A stretch of DNA of 64,000 nucleotides from Monocercomonoides exilis PA203 (GCA_001643675.2 LSRY02000049.1:372001-436000); one strand, 5' to 3'; positions 51,401 to 63,103 are shown, counted from the first letter of the stretch. The notes: a model not told the origin generated them from the letters alone. Translations and numbers: made by a program.

Positions 51401-53703
51401 AGGCATCCGCCATTCTGCTCGCTCTCAACATCCCAGAAAGAAGCATTGGCAAGAGAGACAGTCTTGCAATCCGATAAAGCAACTATGTTGCATTGCGAAA
51501 ATGAAAATCCAGAGACATTCACAAATTTCATCGTCAATGAACCTTCTTCAATTTGAATCAAAGATTTTGTTGATGGCTGAATAGATTGTGTGCTTTTGGT
51601 GAAACTGCACAGCTCCAATCGAACTGAGCCTGAGGAGCCGATTGCAATTGCAGATCGGTTGAACACGCAAACAAAGGAAATATTCTTTGCATTCAGTGAA
51701 CCATTCCCAATGGAGATCAAGCAGCCATTTGACGAGGCTTCGTTGCACTTTATTGCTGATGCATTGTTCTCTGCTCCACTGAGAACGATATTTCTCCAGT
51801 CGATGTCAATCGTGTCTTCTTTGAATTCTTCGCTCAACATCAAAACATTCTGCCTCAAATATGAATTCCATCTTGTCACTCCATATCCCACAGTTTGGCA
51901 TTCTGAGCCTGTTCTTCCACAAGTGTCCACATTACTTCCAGAATTGCTGATGTAAATTTCTGACTGAGCGGTTGGCAGATATGAGTCAAATGCAGTTCCT
52001 CTATCTCCGCATTTTTCTGAAAGTTCAACGCATTGCACAACTTTTCTTGGAGCTATTGAAAGTGTAAAACTCTGCAATATCTGAACTGTGTTGTTTGTCA
52101 AGCTAAATCCCTTTCCAATAAAAATATCTGCTGCATGCATCAAATTCTGCACCGTATTATTTTCAAACAAACAAAATTGGATTATGGCGTTCTTCTCATT
52201 ATCATTTATGGACGCTTCAATTCCTCCTGCACCCTGTGGAGCATCTCCTTCAAACAAATAGCAATTTGACATCACAAAATCTTCTTTCTGATTATGAAAA
52301 AAGACAGCTCCAGCATAAAAACTATATGCTTTGTTGCCTTTGAAGACAGTGTTGTAAATTGATCCACTTCCTCCAACATACCATGCAACACCTCCTCCAT
52401 AGGCTGCTGAACAATTTTCAAAAGTACAGCATAAAATAGTAGCAAATTTATTTGTTATATGAGCAAATGCTCCTCCTATAGAACGATCTCCCATTCCTCT
52501 ACAATTATTAAATATTGAATTTTCAATGTTGCAATCGCTTCCATTGCTAAAAATAGCACCTCCATATCCATATATGTTTGGAAATGTATCAGTGCATTCA
52601 GAAAATGTGCATTTGTCAACAATGAGCTTTGCACTTTCGCTGACAGCTATTGCTCCACCATGAACAGCACTGCATTCAGTGAAGCTGCAATCTTCAAATT
52701 TGATTTTTCCATCTGAAAACGATTGCGCTTCATTCGTGAAGTTCTGGTGAGAAATTGTGTTTTTCGAACGAACGAAAGAAGTATTTGATGAGCAAAAACC
52801 ACATCCATGAGAGCCAGAAATGATCACTCCATAAAACGGGCAAACGCAATCAGCTACCATGCAGCCTTCCATTTTGCTCTCTTGCAAAGAATGATTTTGT
52901 TGAAAGTTTTTGTTGTTGCTCTGAACAGAAATATTGTTGAAGGCGCAAAAAGAAGCCGAAGCAAATGATAAATCCACATCTCCAATGAATGGATTCACAA
53001 GTGATGAACAAAATGACGAAAACGTGCAGCTCAAAATATGGACATGTCCTGTCAAAGGAAGTAAGCAGGAGCTTGATGAGACAAGAGATGGCCATGCCTG
53101 CTTCCGAAAAGTGCTTTGCATAGAAATATTCGTCAATATTATTGTTCCTCCAGCACAGTCAAAAGGAGATAAATCCGTCTCTGTCTTCACGCTTATGATG
53201 CAATCGCTTACAGATAATCTGGATAATTCATTTCTCACGGAAATGGCAGATGTGCATCTTTGGTCAATTTTTATTCGTTCAACGGCCAATGACGAGTTCA
53301 GAACCATCATCCTGCTGCAAATCCAGCTCCACTCATTCTTGCTATCATTGAATGCGCCTGCAACAGAGTTATGATTAAATTCCCTTTCTGAATCCTCCTG
53401 CAATCGTTTTATGCTCTTTTCTGAATTTTGCGTCCAACCAGATGAATCCAAATCCTGCAGCTCATTAGACTTCACCACATTGATTGCATTCATATCATAT
53501 GAGGAAAGCACATTTTTGTATGTCTCATAGATGTTTCCTAGCCTTCCAATGCAAAAATCTTGAAAATCAGCTTTTTTGAATACATCTGCTTTGTAGCTCG
53601 TTTCTTCATTGCAGTAAATTGCGTGCATAATTATAGAGACACTAAAAATTGTAAAAAGCATGGCTCCTGTTCTCCCTTTGCAACGCAACGACATGCATAT
53701 CAT
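45445..53703 (-). CDS. 2752-aa intronless type I membrane protein: beta-helix (GGAI/FxxC) ectodomain, single TM, C-terminal kinase C-lobe remnant (pseudokinase)
   Basis: Hydrophobic N-terminal segment. Many GGA(I/L/M) and FxxC motifs, and four CGxxxx(P/E)Cx(T/S) modules. TM IWTIIVVVLTVLFLIVLIGFILFVV then RWKKQKRR. Tail has MRWKAPELL, VVFSVGMMLWE, IPF and RPT but no GxGxxG, VAVK, HRD or DFG. Confidence 0.88.
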   Translation of the reverse strand: MICMSLRCKGRTGAMLFTIFSVSIIMHAIYCNEETSYKADVFKKADFQDFCIGRLGNIYETYKNVLSSYDMNAINVVKSNELQDLDSSGWTQNSEKSIKRLQEDSEREFNHNSVAGAFNDSKNEWSWICSRMMVLNSSLAVERIKIDQRCTSAISVRNELSRLSVSDCIISVKTETDLSPFDCAGGTIILTNISMQSTFRKQAWPSLVSSSSCLLPLTGHVHILSCTFSSFCSSLVNPFIGDVDLSFASASFCAFNNISVQSNNKNFQQNHSLQESKMEGCMVADCVCPFYGVIISGSHGCGFCSSNTSFVRSKNTISHQNFTNEAQSFSDGKIKFEDCSFTECSAVHGGAIAVSESAKLIVDKCTFSECTDTFPNIYGYGGAIFSNGSDCNIENSIFNNCRGMGDRSIGGAFAHITNKFATILCCTFENCSAAYGGGVAWYVGGSGSIYNTVFKGNKAYSFYAGAVFFHNQKEDFVMSNCYLFEGDAPQGAGGIEASINDNEKNAIIQFCLFENNTVQNLMHAADIFIGKGFSLTNNTVQILQSFTLSIAPRKVVQCVELSEKCGDRGTAFDSYLPTAQSEIYISNSGSNVDTCGRTGSECQTVGYGVTRWNSYLRQNVLMLSEEFKEDTIDIDWRNIVLSGAENNASAIKCNEASSNGCLISIGNGSLNAKNISFVCVFNRSAIAIGSSGSVRLELCSFTKSTQSIQPSTKSLIQIEEGSLTMKFVNVSGFSFSQCNIVALSDCKTVSLANASFWDVESEQNGGCLNAVWREGFEDACTASISGCTFEHCVVSGDGNGGGALFLSLPNTCSATISGCSFEECEAPFDSQVGFGGGIFLNLEHSDAAFAITNPSFSSEKPNKAKHGNNLFVQSPDLEESITNETLPFANALGHSSFDSLRGFDGNDHEHSIPLVLFLEEVGSIIHVGSEDGADTVVCGFSDYPCQSVDCCMKRLEEVSANVIAIVKSAIIESELNHPDLILRSSDDLRAGITCTKSLNALTGKVMAATGNASIELISFLLPSSFDAEIETLISLTSESNLSLTECAFEMQQGEVSQIGYRLFQMCGGSLNMDNCQIDLVNLQHTPIAVSENTASAPTTIISLNVKNTDIGDQPLIGVISSLTSKQLNDFTTSDEAVCLTQCTFSGIANGNANNAVLISSSISSHIECLYWNVTNAKGAQSMEGGAMKIVVETQGQIVMENATFTKCCAENETGGKGGGIYFDCSASNAFSFQQIVFDQCSAKHGKNMFFLSSGLNVSITKQRLAFEVSETAGDTNLLVGNDPTKTNFDLCRFLIEFSSQEIHLSKNSGWDVLRCGSGEEPCATMEYGEKHFRALEDPALPSMNTFVIIDEAQVNCEMDITNVTVTSVDAKSRPVLTFGAAISPQNGKEEESDCVLANNGKCSLMNIEICCGDGSGWKQTKLISTGGSSFAAQGCSFTSTSDTPIRYCIVACLSGTCELSFCSFQSIKAESHILIASHGSSIDWTNVSMSNMELMGKSIVAVLAQAELRGEPQMLNEGDSPRVELKCCTLFSLRQSAPSEPSIISCCGSEPSRVLVQNTSIKSSGSSLSENGGCIAMKLSEGSLFHCNFCSISGCFCSATGRGGAIFLDCSSIASDSALPFLLENTTFMNNKALTGRDLYVRCTNIRSQISIELFQLDFRPPFVRDRAMWGCTAQNYYDEEDLLELIVGYQSETIFASSSANNTSDSRQCGAISAPCSSLNVALSHIIPSVYSNLLIDEISLVSGEASIHDVSIKSLDAEEERGNIVLNNSIGSKTGSLILCSSRVKMEFLSFLFGSAFSSSHSSLLLLTDGSLSIVDTAFAQEDWSGDSEMKLNCSIILVENGRLSINGCTFASLHLSSSCVAARGGRYCLFMNLNISDMNCKELFDFHNLANLSVQQVLISSSIFDRSAMIFQNCKSSKLQYVQLRGTECRSNMIAICSDGSEGSSNIQCSHLEFDDTHVSNNSLLFVECEDANVEMNFLAICNAKLGDGCAVSVASNASTFRLKQSSYRNITRDSFGPCCLTASSSSLLLELENCTSQKCISSSDKGRIVTLTDLADVNLSSCSFDGAKGEQQLGINEDSFENLCWWNGSMVDLQNCSGLMKDSMLANSENGGLSLSGGSVEIEKGEFMNNNPSIQNYPSARRNILCEGSSQLNVVSLKGGDGTLPNLSLWILDEGCSLEGIARERASPFFIPKVESVSAEKSGEKVNLVFRGSLLLPCNLSFETVAAVVDEEVVEKYLFDENGVISEEEVHGSVPVKTIEGVPSEAEVMVCILFGKTDSPSATESFILKNKSVSESKGDERIVEGGKKGKSIWTIIVVVLTVLFLIVLIGFILFVVRWKKQKRRTRELEEIVNETVKKDPKAFEMVTMEMSPEEQWRRAEREAEKKNDERMKKRVYAKSLQHSESSEHLLSESGSTEYILGRDSDKIPQWILEKDEEEEIRKRTPSPSISSTSTTDSDSTFVRGEDLCPTTSSMSNLVDAMACSSPHEKLIVDLRDSLFMLLHGKNEKKEMAIGSLKERELTAAQILFWVANGALHSFDEMDNPLQSLTNLNPHIVLFSEHMVITIAMHSDCSSDSDPDSSSISSSTVVTSTSDDDDRDSLPSSAFEDEEDSKNECMRWKAPELLNGTKSQGSKKTVVFSVGMMLWECVTLKIPFGEYEAVVAGQKILNGERPNCSKANSSYDEVILAALSEDKKARPTLIGMKRELLEHFPAGAVIFTVSDAITYDEDSNVNVSELRLLASCSESNQ

Positions 53704-53935
53704 CTTGAATTTTTTATTTTATAACATTGATCAATAATTTCTGCTATGGGTTGTCATATTCAAAATTTCCCAAAAAAATTCATTTTTATTTTTAATGAAT
53801 TACAATACTTTGTTCACTTTTGTTGTTCATGTCTCAATGGAAAATGATGAGTTTGATAATTCTGTTCATTTCATTTTTTTTGTTTTCTTAACATTCATTC
53901 AATAAAACAAGTTGATAAAGAAACACAAAGTTCAA

Positions 53936-55459
53936 ATGAAAGCCCTCAAGCAGGAAGAAGAGGAAGAGGATGATGAAGGAGAAGAAAAGCTTTGCAGAGA
54001 GACATCATACACAACGGAAGAATGGCAAGTTTATGATTTTGTTCACTTCAACCCGAGAAAAGCCTTATGGTAATTCACAAACCTGGACTCATTTCAGCTC
54101 TAAGGGAGATGTTAGATTCTAGTCAATAATGAACATTCCAGAAGATATGCCTCCAGTTGACACTTCTGACAGTGCTTAAAGCAGTGCAGTGAAGTTGTAT
54201 GTGCATCGTGTGTTGATTACCGAGGAATTTGATGCATTTATCCCACAGCACTTGGAATTTGTGTGAGGTCTTGTGGATTCTGATGATCTTCAGCTAAATG
54301 TGTCTCGAGAGACATTGCAAGAGTCAAAGACGCTTCGGCAGATTGGGAGAAAAGTTGTTCGGAAGATTATCCAGATGATATCCGAGATGGCAGAAAGCAG
54401 AAAGCGAGGGAGGTTCATCATACGAGAAGTTCTATCGAGCATATCACAGGTTCCTGAAGATGGGTGTGATGGAAGACATTCCAAACAGACGACGTTTGGC
54501 GCGTATTCTTCACTTCAACACGACAAAATCAGAGAAGATACCCAATTTCTCTGGATGACTATTTGGAAAGAATGCGTCCTGGGCAGAGCGATTTCTTCTA
54601 CATTGCAGGCGATCCTGCAACCTCGAACATCCAACAGTCGCCATTTTTGATTCTGAACAAGAAAAGAGGATTGAAAGTGCTATTTTTGTCTGATCCGGTT
54701 GATGAGATGGTTGTGCGGGAGATGAAAGAATACATCAAAAAGCTGTTTATTTGTGTGATGCAGGTGGAAAAGAAATCTCTGACAACCGAGTTCGAATTTG
54801 AGCGCGAGAAATTGAAGCAGTGGAAGAAGAGGTTTAAGCCTCTTGTGAACTTCTTCAAGGAAGCACTTGGAGAGAAAGTTGAAAGAGTCGAAGTTTCAAC
54901 TCGTCTAGCTGCTGATGCACGGCCACCGTGTGTGCTGGCGCATGTTGAAGGATCAACCACAGTCGACATGGAAAGATACACAAGAACACAAAATAGAGCA
55001 GATCCGCGTTTTTATGTGCACGAATCGCACAAAGTGTTGGAGATTAACCCGACGAACAATCTGATCAAAAGAATGAATGTTGCTGTGCAGCAGGTTGAGA
55101 CGCAGGGCATTGATGTGACAGACTTTGATGAGGAACTGGAAGAGAGAGACGCTGCAGACAAAGAACTTGAAGGAAATCGGAAGAAGCTGGAGACGATGGC
55201 ACTTCTTTTGCATGATACAACTGTGTTTGAATCAGGCAATGTTATTAAAGATTCAAATGCATTTGCTGCAAATGTGTATGATGGGCTGACAAGAATGACA
55301 GGACTGCCAAATGCTCCGTCCAAATCAGATGAGCATCATGCAAAGGAGCAAGCAAAAGACGTGGATGACGTGCCAGAGAAGAAAGAAAGTACAAAGAAAG
55401 TTGAAGTGGAAGGAGAAGATGAAGAAGAGGAAGAGAAGAGCAAGAAGAGGCTCGCTTGA
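53936..55459 (+). pseudogene. HSP90-family (probably ER GRP94-type) pseudogene, middle and C-terminal domains only
   Basis: [64 protein letters not shown]. In-frame stops and frameshifts, no ATPase N-domain, no intron seen. Confidence 0.8.
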
Positions 55460-55633
55460 GAGAGGAGAGGAAGCAAAAGATGAAGAATGAAAGAAAAGGC
55501 AAATTGGTGAACCACGAGAATTAGAAAGAGAAAGAAGAATCAAATTTGGGCGAAAAAGATAAATGGAAACGAGAGAGAAAAGTAAAGAGAAGAAAGAACT
55601 CTTATCAGAAATAATCTACCTTATAATCTTTCA

Positions 55634-55638
<5 letters not shown>

Positions 55639-55668
<30 letters not shown>
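55639..55668. repeat. (CT)15 microsatellite
   Basis: Direct observation. Confidence 0.85.
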
Positions 55669-55675
<7 letters not shown>

Positions 55676-56000
55676 TCTTTCTTTCTTTCTCTTTCACTTA
55701 ATTATTTTATTATTGCATTATCATTTCCAACTTAGAGAAATATTTTTATTAACATATTTTTGATGAAGAATTTGAGCGAGGATAATTGAGAAAATGAAAA
55801 CGCTTTGTTGAGCTTTATAAAAATAGTAAATAATTGTGTATATTAATTTTCAATTAACTATGAATATTTAATAATAAGAATAATCGATTATATTCTTTTT
55901 ATTAATCATATTCAATTCTGAGAATAATGAATTTTTCAGATCTTAACCACAATAATTGTTGGCCAATAATACTGAGTTGAGGGGGATTCACTTCCTTCAA

Positions 56001-59000
56001 ATGGAAAATGAGGAAGCTTTTAATACTAGCTCGCCATCATTTTTCATATACATGACGTGTCCAAGTTTGCTTTTTAATTTTTTGCAACTTATTTAGATTG
56101 ATAAATATCATGCAGCAATTTATGGACCACAGTCAGGAATTCTCGTTATAACATGCATTATTTATTTTTTACTCTCGACTCTTTCATGTTATCGACTTAT
56201 CTCTAATTGCAGAAGAAAAAAATCTCAAAGAAACTGGAGTAAAATTCTTTTCTTTTTTTTTCTTAGCTTGTTTCTTGAACTCCAAAGCTTATTTATGACC
56301 GTTCCATTCCCCCATAATGTTAAAACTGCATCAGCATTATGTTCAGTTTTACCAAAGATAATTCTATTTATTCTTTGGCAGTTTTTGATTATCTTTTTGG
56401 TGTTTTCAATTATTATGAGGGATTTCCATCCAAAAATCAAATGGCTCATCGTAATTTTGCTACTAAGTCTTTGCGTTGCTGTCGTTGTGGCTTCAATATT
56501 TATATTATCACGGAATATAAATGATTTCATGGGATTTGAAAAAATTATGACATATCTCACAACAGTAATGTTTTTATTCATGAGCGCATCAATTTTCATT
56601 GTGACAATTCGCCTAGCATACATGACTTGTCTTATTCCTTCTGCTTCATCTGTTAAAAATCGAATAAGGCTTTATGTTGTCTTTTTTGCGATTCTTTCTT
56701 TAATATGGTTTTTAAGAAGCATATGGTCATTGTTGAATGCATATGGCATAAATCCGCTCAACATCAGAATAAAAAGATATGGAGAAGATTGTGGAAAATA
56801 TGATAAATGGTTTGAATAATTGTTATTCTTTCGATTATGATAATTTTCATTTTCTTAAACCTTAAAATATTAATTAAATCCATTTTGATAAATCATCAAC
56901 AAAATTTTTTACCCATTGAACAAAATTTGCGTTCAATTAAAAAATGAAAAGCGAAAAATATGCGTTGTCCATCTTTGGATTAGATTTGATATTTGATGAA
57001 CTTCCGTTTTTTCTGCTGCTTATTTTGTTTTCGCTTCCATCTGCTCATTCATCAAATGCGCGTAAACAAAAGGAAAACAGTCAATCTTACAGGCAAAGAA
57101 AACAGCAGCAGCAAAAGAACTCTACACAATCAACCGTCAGCAGCTTGCTGTCCTCAAACACTGTTACAAGCACATACATGTCATCTGAACAGAAAGACCT
57201 GAAAATCAACCACTCGTTGCTTTCTTCCACGACAAAGAACTCGACCATCTCGTCTGTTGACGGAAAGGGGATCAAGCACAAGGGATACGGTACTTCTGGG
57301 CATGATTCTGGTTATGTCTCCTATGCAAGTGCTGATGGGGCAGGAACAAAACCGGAAAAGATCTCGAATGCAGGAGCGCAAATACTAACATCATCTTTCT
57401 ATTCAGCCATCCCGACGACTGGAGCGTCTCTTTCAGACACGCAAAAGTCTTCGTCGTGGCGGAAAAAGAAGTCGCTGGGAAGAGCAAGTGCTTATGCCAC
57501 GCTCGTGTCCTCAGAGCAAAAACAGTATGAACTGGTGAGGAAAGCACATGCTGCGCAGAAGCCAGCAGTGAATCCAGTGAACGATGACAGCCTCAGCGAA
57601 AGAGACTCAACGAAGAAAGACGAGGCAGGAACTGGAGATTCAAATAATGTTGACATAAATTCAACTGAAGTTTTAACAACAGAAATAAGGAAAGATGATG
57701 AAAAAGAAGATGCTGAACAGCACGCTATGCGTCACCATCATCACCACCACAACAAATACAGCAAAGAACGAAACGCAGCAAGCCCTTCTCATCGCAAAGA
57801 AAAGCATCATTTTCACAAGAATGAATCAGAAGACGACAGCACAAACAAACAAACCGACACTCTGAAAACGCATCGTTTGAACAGCACACTCAAACAGCCA
57901 CATGAAAAGCAGCGCCATTCTCATAACCATCATCACCACCATCATCATCACCACCACAGATATGATGCTGATGTGATCTACCAGGCAAAGTCCTCTCATT
58001 CACGCTCCTCTTTTAGTAGCAGTTCGCTTTCTCTGTCGCCGTCTCTGTCGCCCTCTGCTTCCAAGTCTCCTTTCGTTCCTCTGGGATCAGCTTCACATTA
58101 CACAAAGAAAGCATCTCTAACTCCGCCTCCTGCACAGGCAGTCATTTCGGCTGACTCCACGTCTTCAAGCGCGCCTTCTCCAGCCACATCGCCTAGGCAT
58201 CTTTCTGCGAATGCCTCGTCTGCGTCTGTCTCCCCAGTGCATTCGAGGTCGCACTCTCAATCACATTCACATTCACACTCACATTCACATTCACGCTTCA
58301 TCTCACGCTCCCCCTTTCAGTCACACAGTTGCGTGTTTTCTGCTGAAGAACAGCGGAGGTCTTCCGCTGGAGCGTCTCCACAGCCAAGAGACGCCTCTTC
58401 AGACTCCTCTCACTCAAGCTCTGTGTCCTCGCTCGAGGGACACGCACATCGCCACTCCAATTCACCCAACGCCACTTCGTCGTATTCGCATTGCTCGTCG
58501 CGTTCCCGCTCGAATTCGGAGAATGCGTCGTCTTCTCCTTCCACTTCACTATACCGCTCATCCTCTTCTCGCTCCTCGCTGGAAGTGTTCTCCCAACAAG
58601 CTCATATCCTAAGTGCAATGAAAGGGAGAATGGCAAAGAAGAACAAAAAGAACAGGAAGGATAAGCAGAGCAGCTCAGTTACGCGCAGGTCGAGCGAAAT
58701 GCAACCGGAAGCGCTGTCGAATAGTCATCATCACCATCACCACAGGCACCTCCACAGTCACCGCCATTTGCACAGCAGCTTGCAGACTTGCCCTGATGCT
58801 GAAGATGATATAGACGCGGAGCAAACAGAAGAGAGAAGCAAAAGGAAAGAAGCGGAAAGAGGGAAAAGAGAGCAACGCAGGCGAGGGAGAAAGCAGCTTG
58901 CTGATGTTGGAGAAGAAGATGAAGAAGAACAACAACTTCTTTCAGAGTCAAAAAGCGATTCTCAATCACAAACATCATCTGATTCAGATGCCAAGAATAA

Positions 59001-59424
59001 AAAAATTGTAAGGAGAACAAAGAAAGATGAGGAGAAAAGAAAAAGTGATAACTATTCAACAAAGGAAAGTGTATATGACAATGGGGAAAACACGAAACTA
59101 TTCACTTTTAATCCATTTAGTTCAAAGAAAGTTTCGAAAAAAGAATTTGTAAAAGGAATTCAGAGTGAAGAAACACAAATTGATCAGATGGCGAAAGAAT
59201 CGCAAGGAAGAAATGATTTCTCATCATATTCATTTTTACAAATAGAAAAGAAAGACAAACACATTGAAAAGAAAAAAGAAAGAGAAAGATACGAAAAAGA
59301 GAAAGAGGAGAAAGAGAAGGCAGCGAAACGAGAAGCAGTGATCTTGTCAATAGCAGCTCCGTCTTCCGAAAAGAACAGCACAACATATCCAAATACTCGA
59401 ACGCTTTTGTCTGTACAGTTTTAA
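56001..59424 (+). CDS. Multi-pass (about 7 TM) membrane protein, GPR137/TOM1-THH1-like, with ~800-aa Ser/His-rich cytoplasmic tail
   Basis: Successive hydrophobic helices in 56100-56810. Intron ~56810-56951 leads to a last helix IFGLDLIFDELPFFLLLILF, then a long low-complexity tail. The first exon is uncertain. Confidence 0.6.
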
Positions 59425-61154
59425 TTTTGAAGTAAAGTTATTTTATAATCGTGTTTAGTTTTGGTCAATATTTATTTCACTGCTTATTTTGCGATGTACA
59501 TTCATTGTGGCAACCAAATACTGAGCAGCAACACACAGCTCACCTCACACTGTTTTATTCAGCCATTTTCACTGTAATTGTTCAATCGTTCCACCATCAT
59601 ACATTTTTCAGTCACACATTCTCAATCACACTATCTCAGTCGCCCACATTCACTTGCACGTTATCAAGAAATGGATTCTGCAGTGTTTCAATACAAATGC
59701 CTTATAAACAGCCTTATCGATTCAATAATGTTATTTGAGGCTGCTTGTTGGCCGAATATATACTCATTAAATGTTATTATTGTTTAATAGAAGTGTTATT
59801 TGAGTTGACTTGTTAGCAATTTGTATTTTCATCATATGCATTTGAATAAACACATATTTTTTTCTTTCTTGTTTCTTTTTAAGTTGAAGTCTATTGGATG
59901 CGTTTCTTGATTCTAAAATTTTCACAAAGAGTCTTTTTTTGTTTTTTAGAATATTTTTTTTGTTTATTATTCTTATTCAAATTCTTATTGTTATTTTATC
60001 TTTTTGTTTAACTTTTTTATTTCATTTAACTTTTATTTCCGCTTTCTTTGCTTTTTTTTTTAATGATTGCAAATACAATCAAATGTTTTTGGCTCGTTTT
60101 TTGAATTGTATTTATTTTTGTGTATATTTTTGCAAGTCTTTCAACTGCCTAGGAAATTTTACTTTATTTCATATATATTATGATTTTATACTTATATATT
60201 TTTATTCAAAAATCATTAAATTCGAGGTTCAGACACATTTCTATCATTATTTAAATCTTTTCCCTTCTGTTTTCTATCTTATTCTTTTTTTCTATTATTC
60301 TCTAATTCTTAATTCATTTTCTCTTGTTTGTCAAAACACGTGAACACATTTGCGAGGTTTTGATACTTGCTGATTTTCCTTTTTTGTTAAATTGTGCAGT
60401 TTTTGTTAATAGCTATGTAATGTTCTTTTTGTTTTTCTTATTTGTTTTCATTTGTCATTTTTCATTAAAAAAATCTTGAAAGAACTATTTTTTCCCCTTG
60501 CTTTTGTGATTATTTGCAAATATCGTGTTTATTACGAGCAAAATCCAGAGCATTTTGATTTTTTAGCTTCTTTATATCTGGTTGGGAGCAAATGCATGTT
60601 ACAATCTTCATCTGAAGTGGAATTTGCATCAATGAGCGATAAGTTCTTTTGATCACATCGGCCTTACTTTACACAGAAATCACATGAATAATAAATGCAG
60701 AACTTCTTGATAAGCATTGCAGGGAAGAAGAAATTGTTAATATTTTTACTAGTTTACTCATTTCCCTTGTTAAATTGTAATTATTACACTTTGATGAACT
60801 TATTTGATCAAATGATTTTGTGTCTTTTTGAATTTTTGATAGTAATTTGAAACATTTGTATATCTTTTCTTGAAAAAGAATTTTTTTTTTTTCATATTCA
60901 ATTTTTGAATCTTTTCTAGATTTGAGATTTATAACACTTTTTTTTTTTTTTGTTTTTTTAAAACTGAAAATGAATGACAAAGGAAAATGAAAATTTAACT
61001 TTAAACATGTTCCCAGAACTAAAACTAATTAAAAAAATAAAATTAAAAACAAAAGCCTATTGACAAAAAGGAAAAATTCTTAAAAATTTTGTAAGAGTCT
61101 GTGAATTATAAAAAACATGTTGGCTTGAAATAAAACTTATCATTTACAAAACTT

Positions 61155-63103
61155 TTATTTATCATTAACATTCTCCAGGCTTTCAATTAACACATTAAAG
61201 TCAGATAGAAACGCTCTGAAAACCCGAACATCTGCTTCTTCAGCGCTTGTAGAATGACATATGATACGATGGAGCATTTGATATACTACCCACTTTATTC
61301 CATTCGAAGCAATGCATATTAAAAGCGATGAAGAAAGAGTAAATTGTGAGCTGATAACATCAGACGCATTTTGAAGAGTTGACGACTCAAAATCAGATGG
61401 CTCAGGAACACAAGCAGAACTGGAACAAGAGCAATCCCTTTGCGACTGATTCGACTCCAAATCGGATTGAATATGATTTTTGAGTAAAATAAGCAGAATA
61501 CGTTTTAAATGGATGGCATGCGTCTCGTGCTGAGGCGAGAGACACGAAAGAAGACAGACAAGTTGAAGCTCATCCAGAAGCACTTGCACAATAAAAGGCA
61601 GAGAAGACTTGTCAATTTCGTGTAGAAGGGATGGAAACTGTGAAGAAGTAAGAACATGAAAAATATATCTTGTTTTTGAAGAAGTAAATTGGGGAAATTG
61701 TTCGATAATGATTGGCACAAAAAATGGAAAGAACGTTTGATTAAAAGGAGATGATGCAAATTCAAAAGCTGAACTTGGCAATTTCGCAGACGAAGGGCAT
61801 GCACATGCTGAAGAAGAAGAAGATGATGATGATGATGAGGATGAAACCATTAATTTATCATGACAGCATTCTTCTTCGAATGGAATAGAAAGTCCATTAA
61901 AGATATTCCAAAGTTTAAACAAGATATTTTCTCGTTCACAAGCAGCAAGATGTTCACAACTTTCCTTCTTTGTGATACCAAAGAAAGCAAACAATAGATA
62001 TAAAAGTTGATTGCACAAATTATTGTATTTCTCTGAATCTTTGCTTTTTCCTTTCTCTTCTTTTCCAGTCGATCTCCCGATGCTCCAATTTGGAAAACCT
62101 GCCTTTTGCTCCATTTCGCTCCATTCCCTTTCGATTCCACAGACTCTTTCAAAAAGACGAGCGATAAATGCTTCAGTGCGCTCAAGATATACTCTTTCGA
62201 TTCTGCTCTCAGGTTCGAGAACACTTTCTTTCTTCTCATCCAAATCGAGCGAAATATCACCAATAATTTTGCAAATTGATTGCATGAGAATGACTCTGCA
62301 ATGAAACACAGTCGAGTTTCCAGGATAATTATCTGTAATATCGTTAACCACATCAACGAGAAGAGGAAGATGTGAAGAAAATACATCCTTTCCAGCGCTT
62401 GTTAAAAGTTTAAGAAGACAAATAAAATGCTGTTGTAAATAATAATTATTCGATCCTCTATAATGGTTAAATTGTTTTCGATGAAAATGAATTTCAGAAT
62501 CGAAAATGTTATCAATGTTGCATAATCCCTCAGCTTGAGCTTCATTAAGAAGAGTGCATCTTCAAAAATAAAGAATCAAAAATTCATTCAGAAAAATTAA
62601 ACCAAACCGATATCCCCAGTACGTTGAACTTTTTGGGTGCATTGTAATTAGTGAAGCAGAAAAAAGGAGTTCTTGAATTAAATCAATTTTTCTTTGCCTA
62701 AAAAGCTGGAGTCGCTGACCAAGTGCTGCATGATCACCTTTCGTTATCATAAGTTTTGCTTTTGTTACTACATCAATTTGATTCTCGATCATCTCATTTT
62801 TTTGTGAACAGGCCGCTAATTTAGATATTTCATTTCTCAATTCAAAAACTGTGGATTCAAGAATTCCAAGTTTATGCTCAACGAGCATGAAACGAGGTGA
62901 AATGTATATTGAATCACTATCTTCATCATCACAGATATCAGCATATTCTTCGAGAGAAGAAATGAACGAAAACTCATCTCTAAAATTTTCAAATTAAAAG
63001 AAGCAATCCTAATCTTTATGAAAATAAATAAAATGACCCACATATAACGATCCCTATTAAATATGACAGCTAATTCATTTAAAGCGTCGAAGCGTTTCTC
63101 CAT
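61155..63103 (-). CDS. Hypothetical helical-repeat-like protein, multi-exon; may extend further 3'
   Basis: ATG at 63103 (MEKRFDALNELAVIFNRDR), exons in ORFs 62562-62888 and 61155-62351, Leu-rich helical pattern. Confidence 0.55.

Noticed and set aside
59451-60652. Short F/L/I-rich ORFs (e.g. 149 aa at 59894-60343)
   Set aside because: This is T-rich UTR or intergenic sequence between convergent genes, so the ORFs are a compositional artefact.
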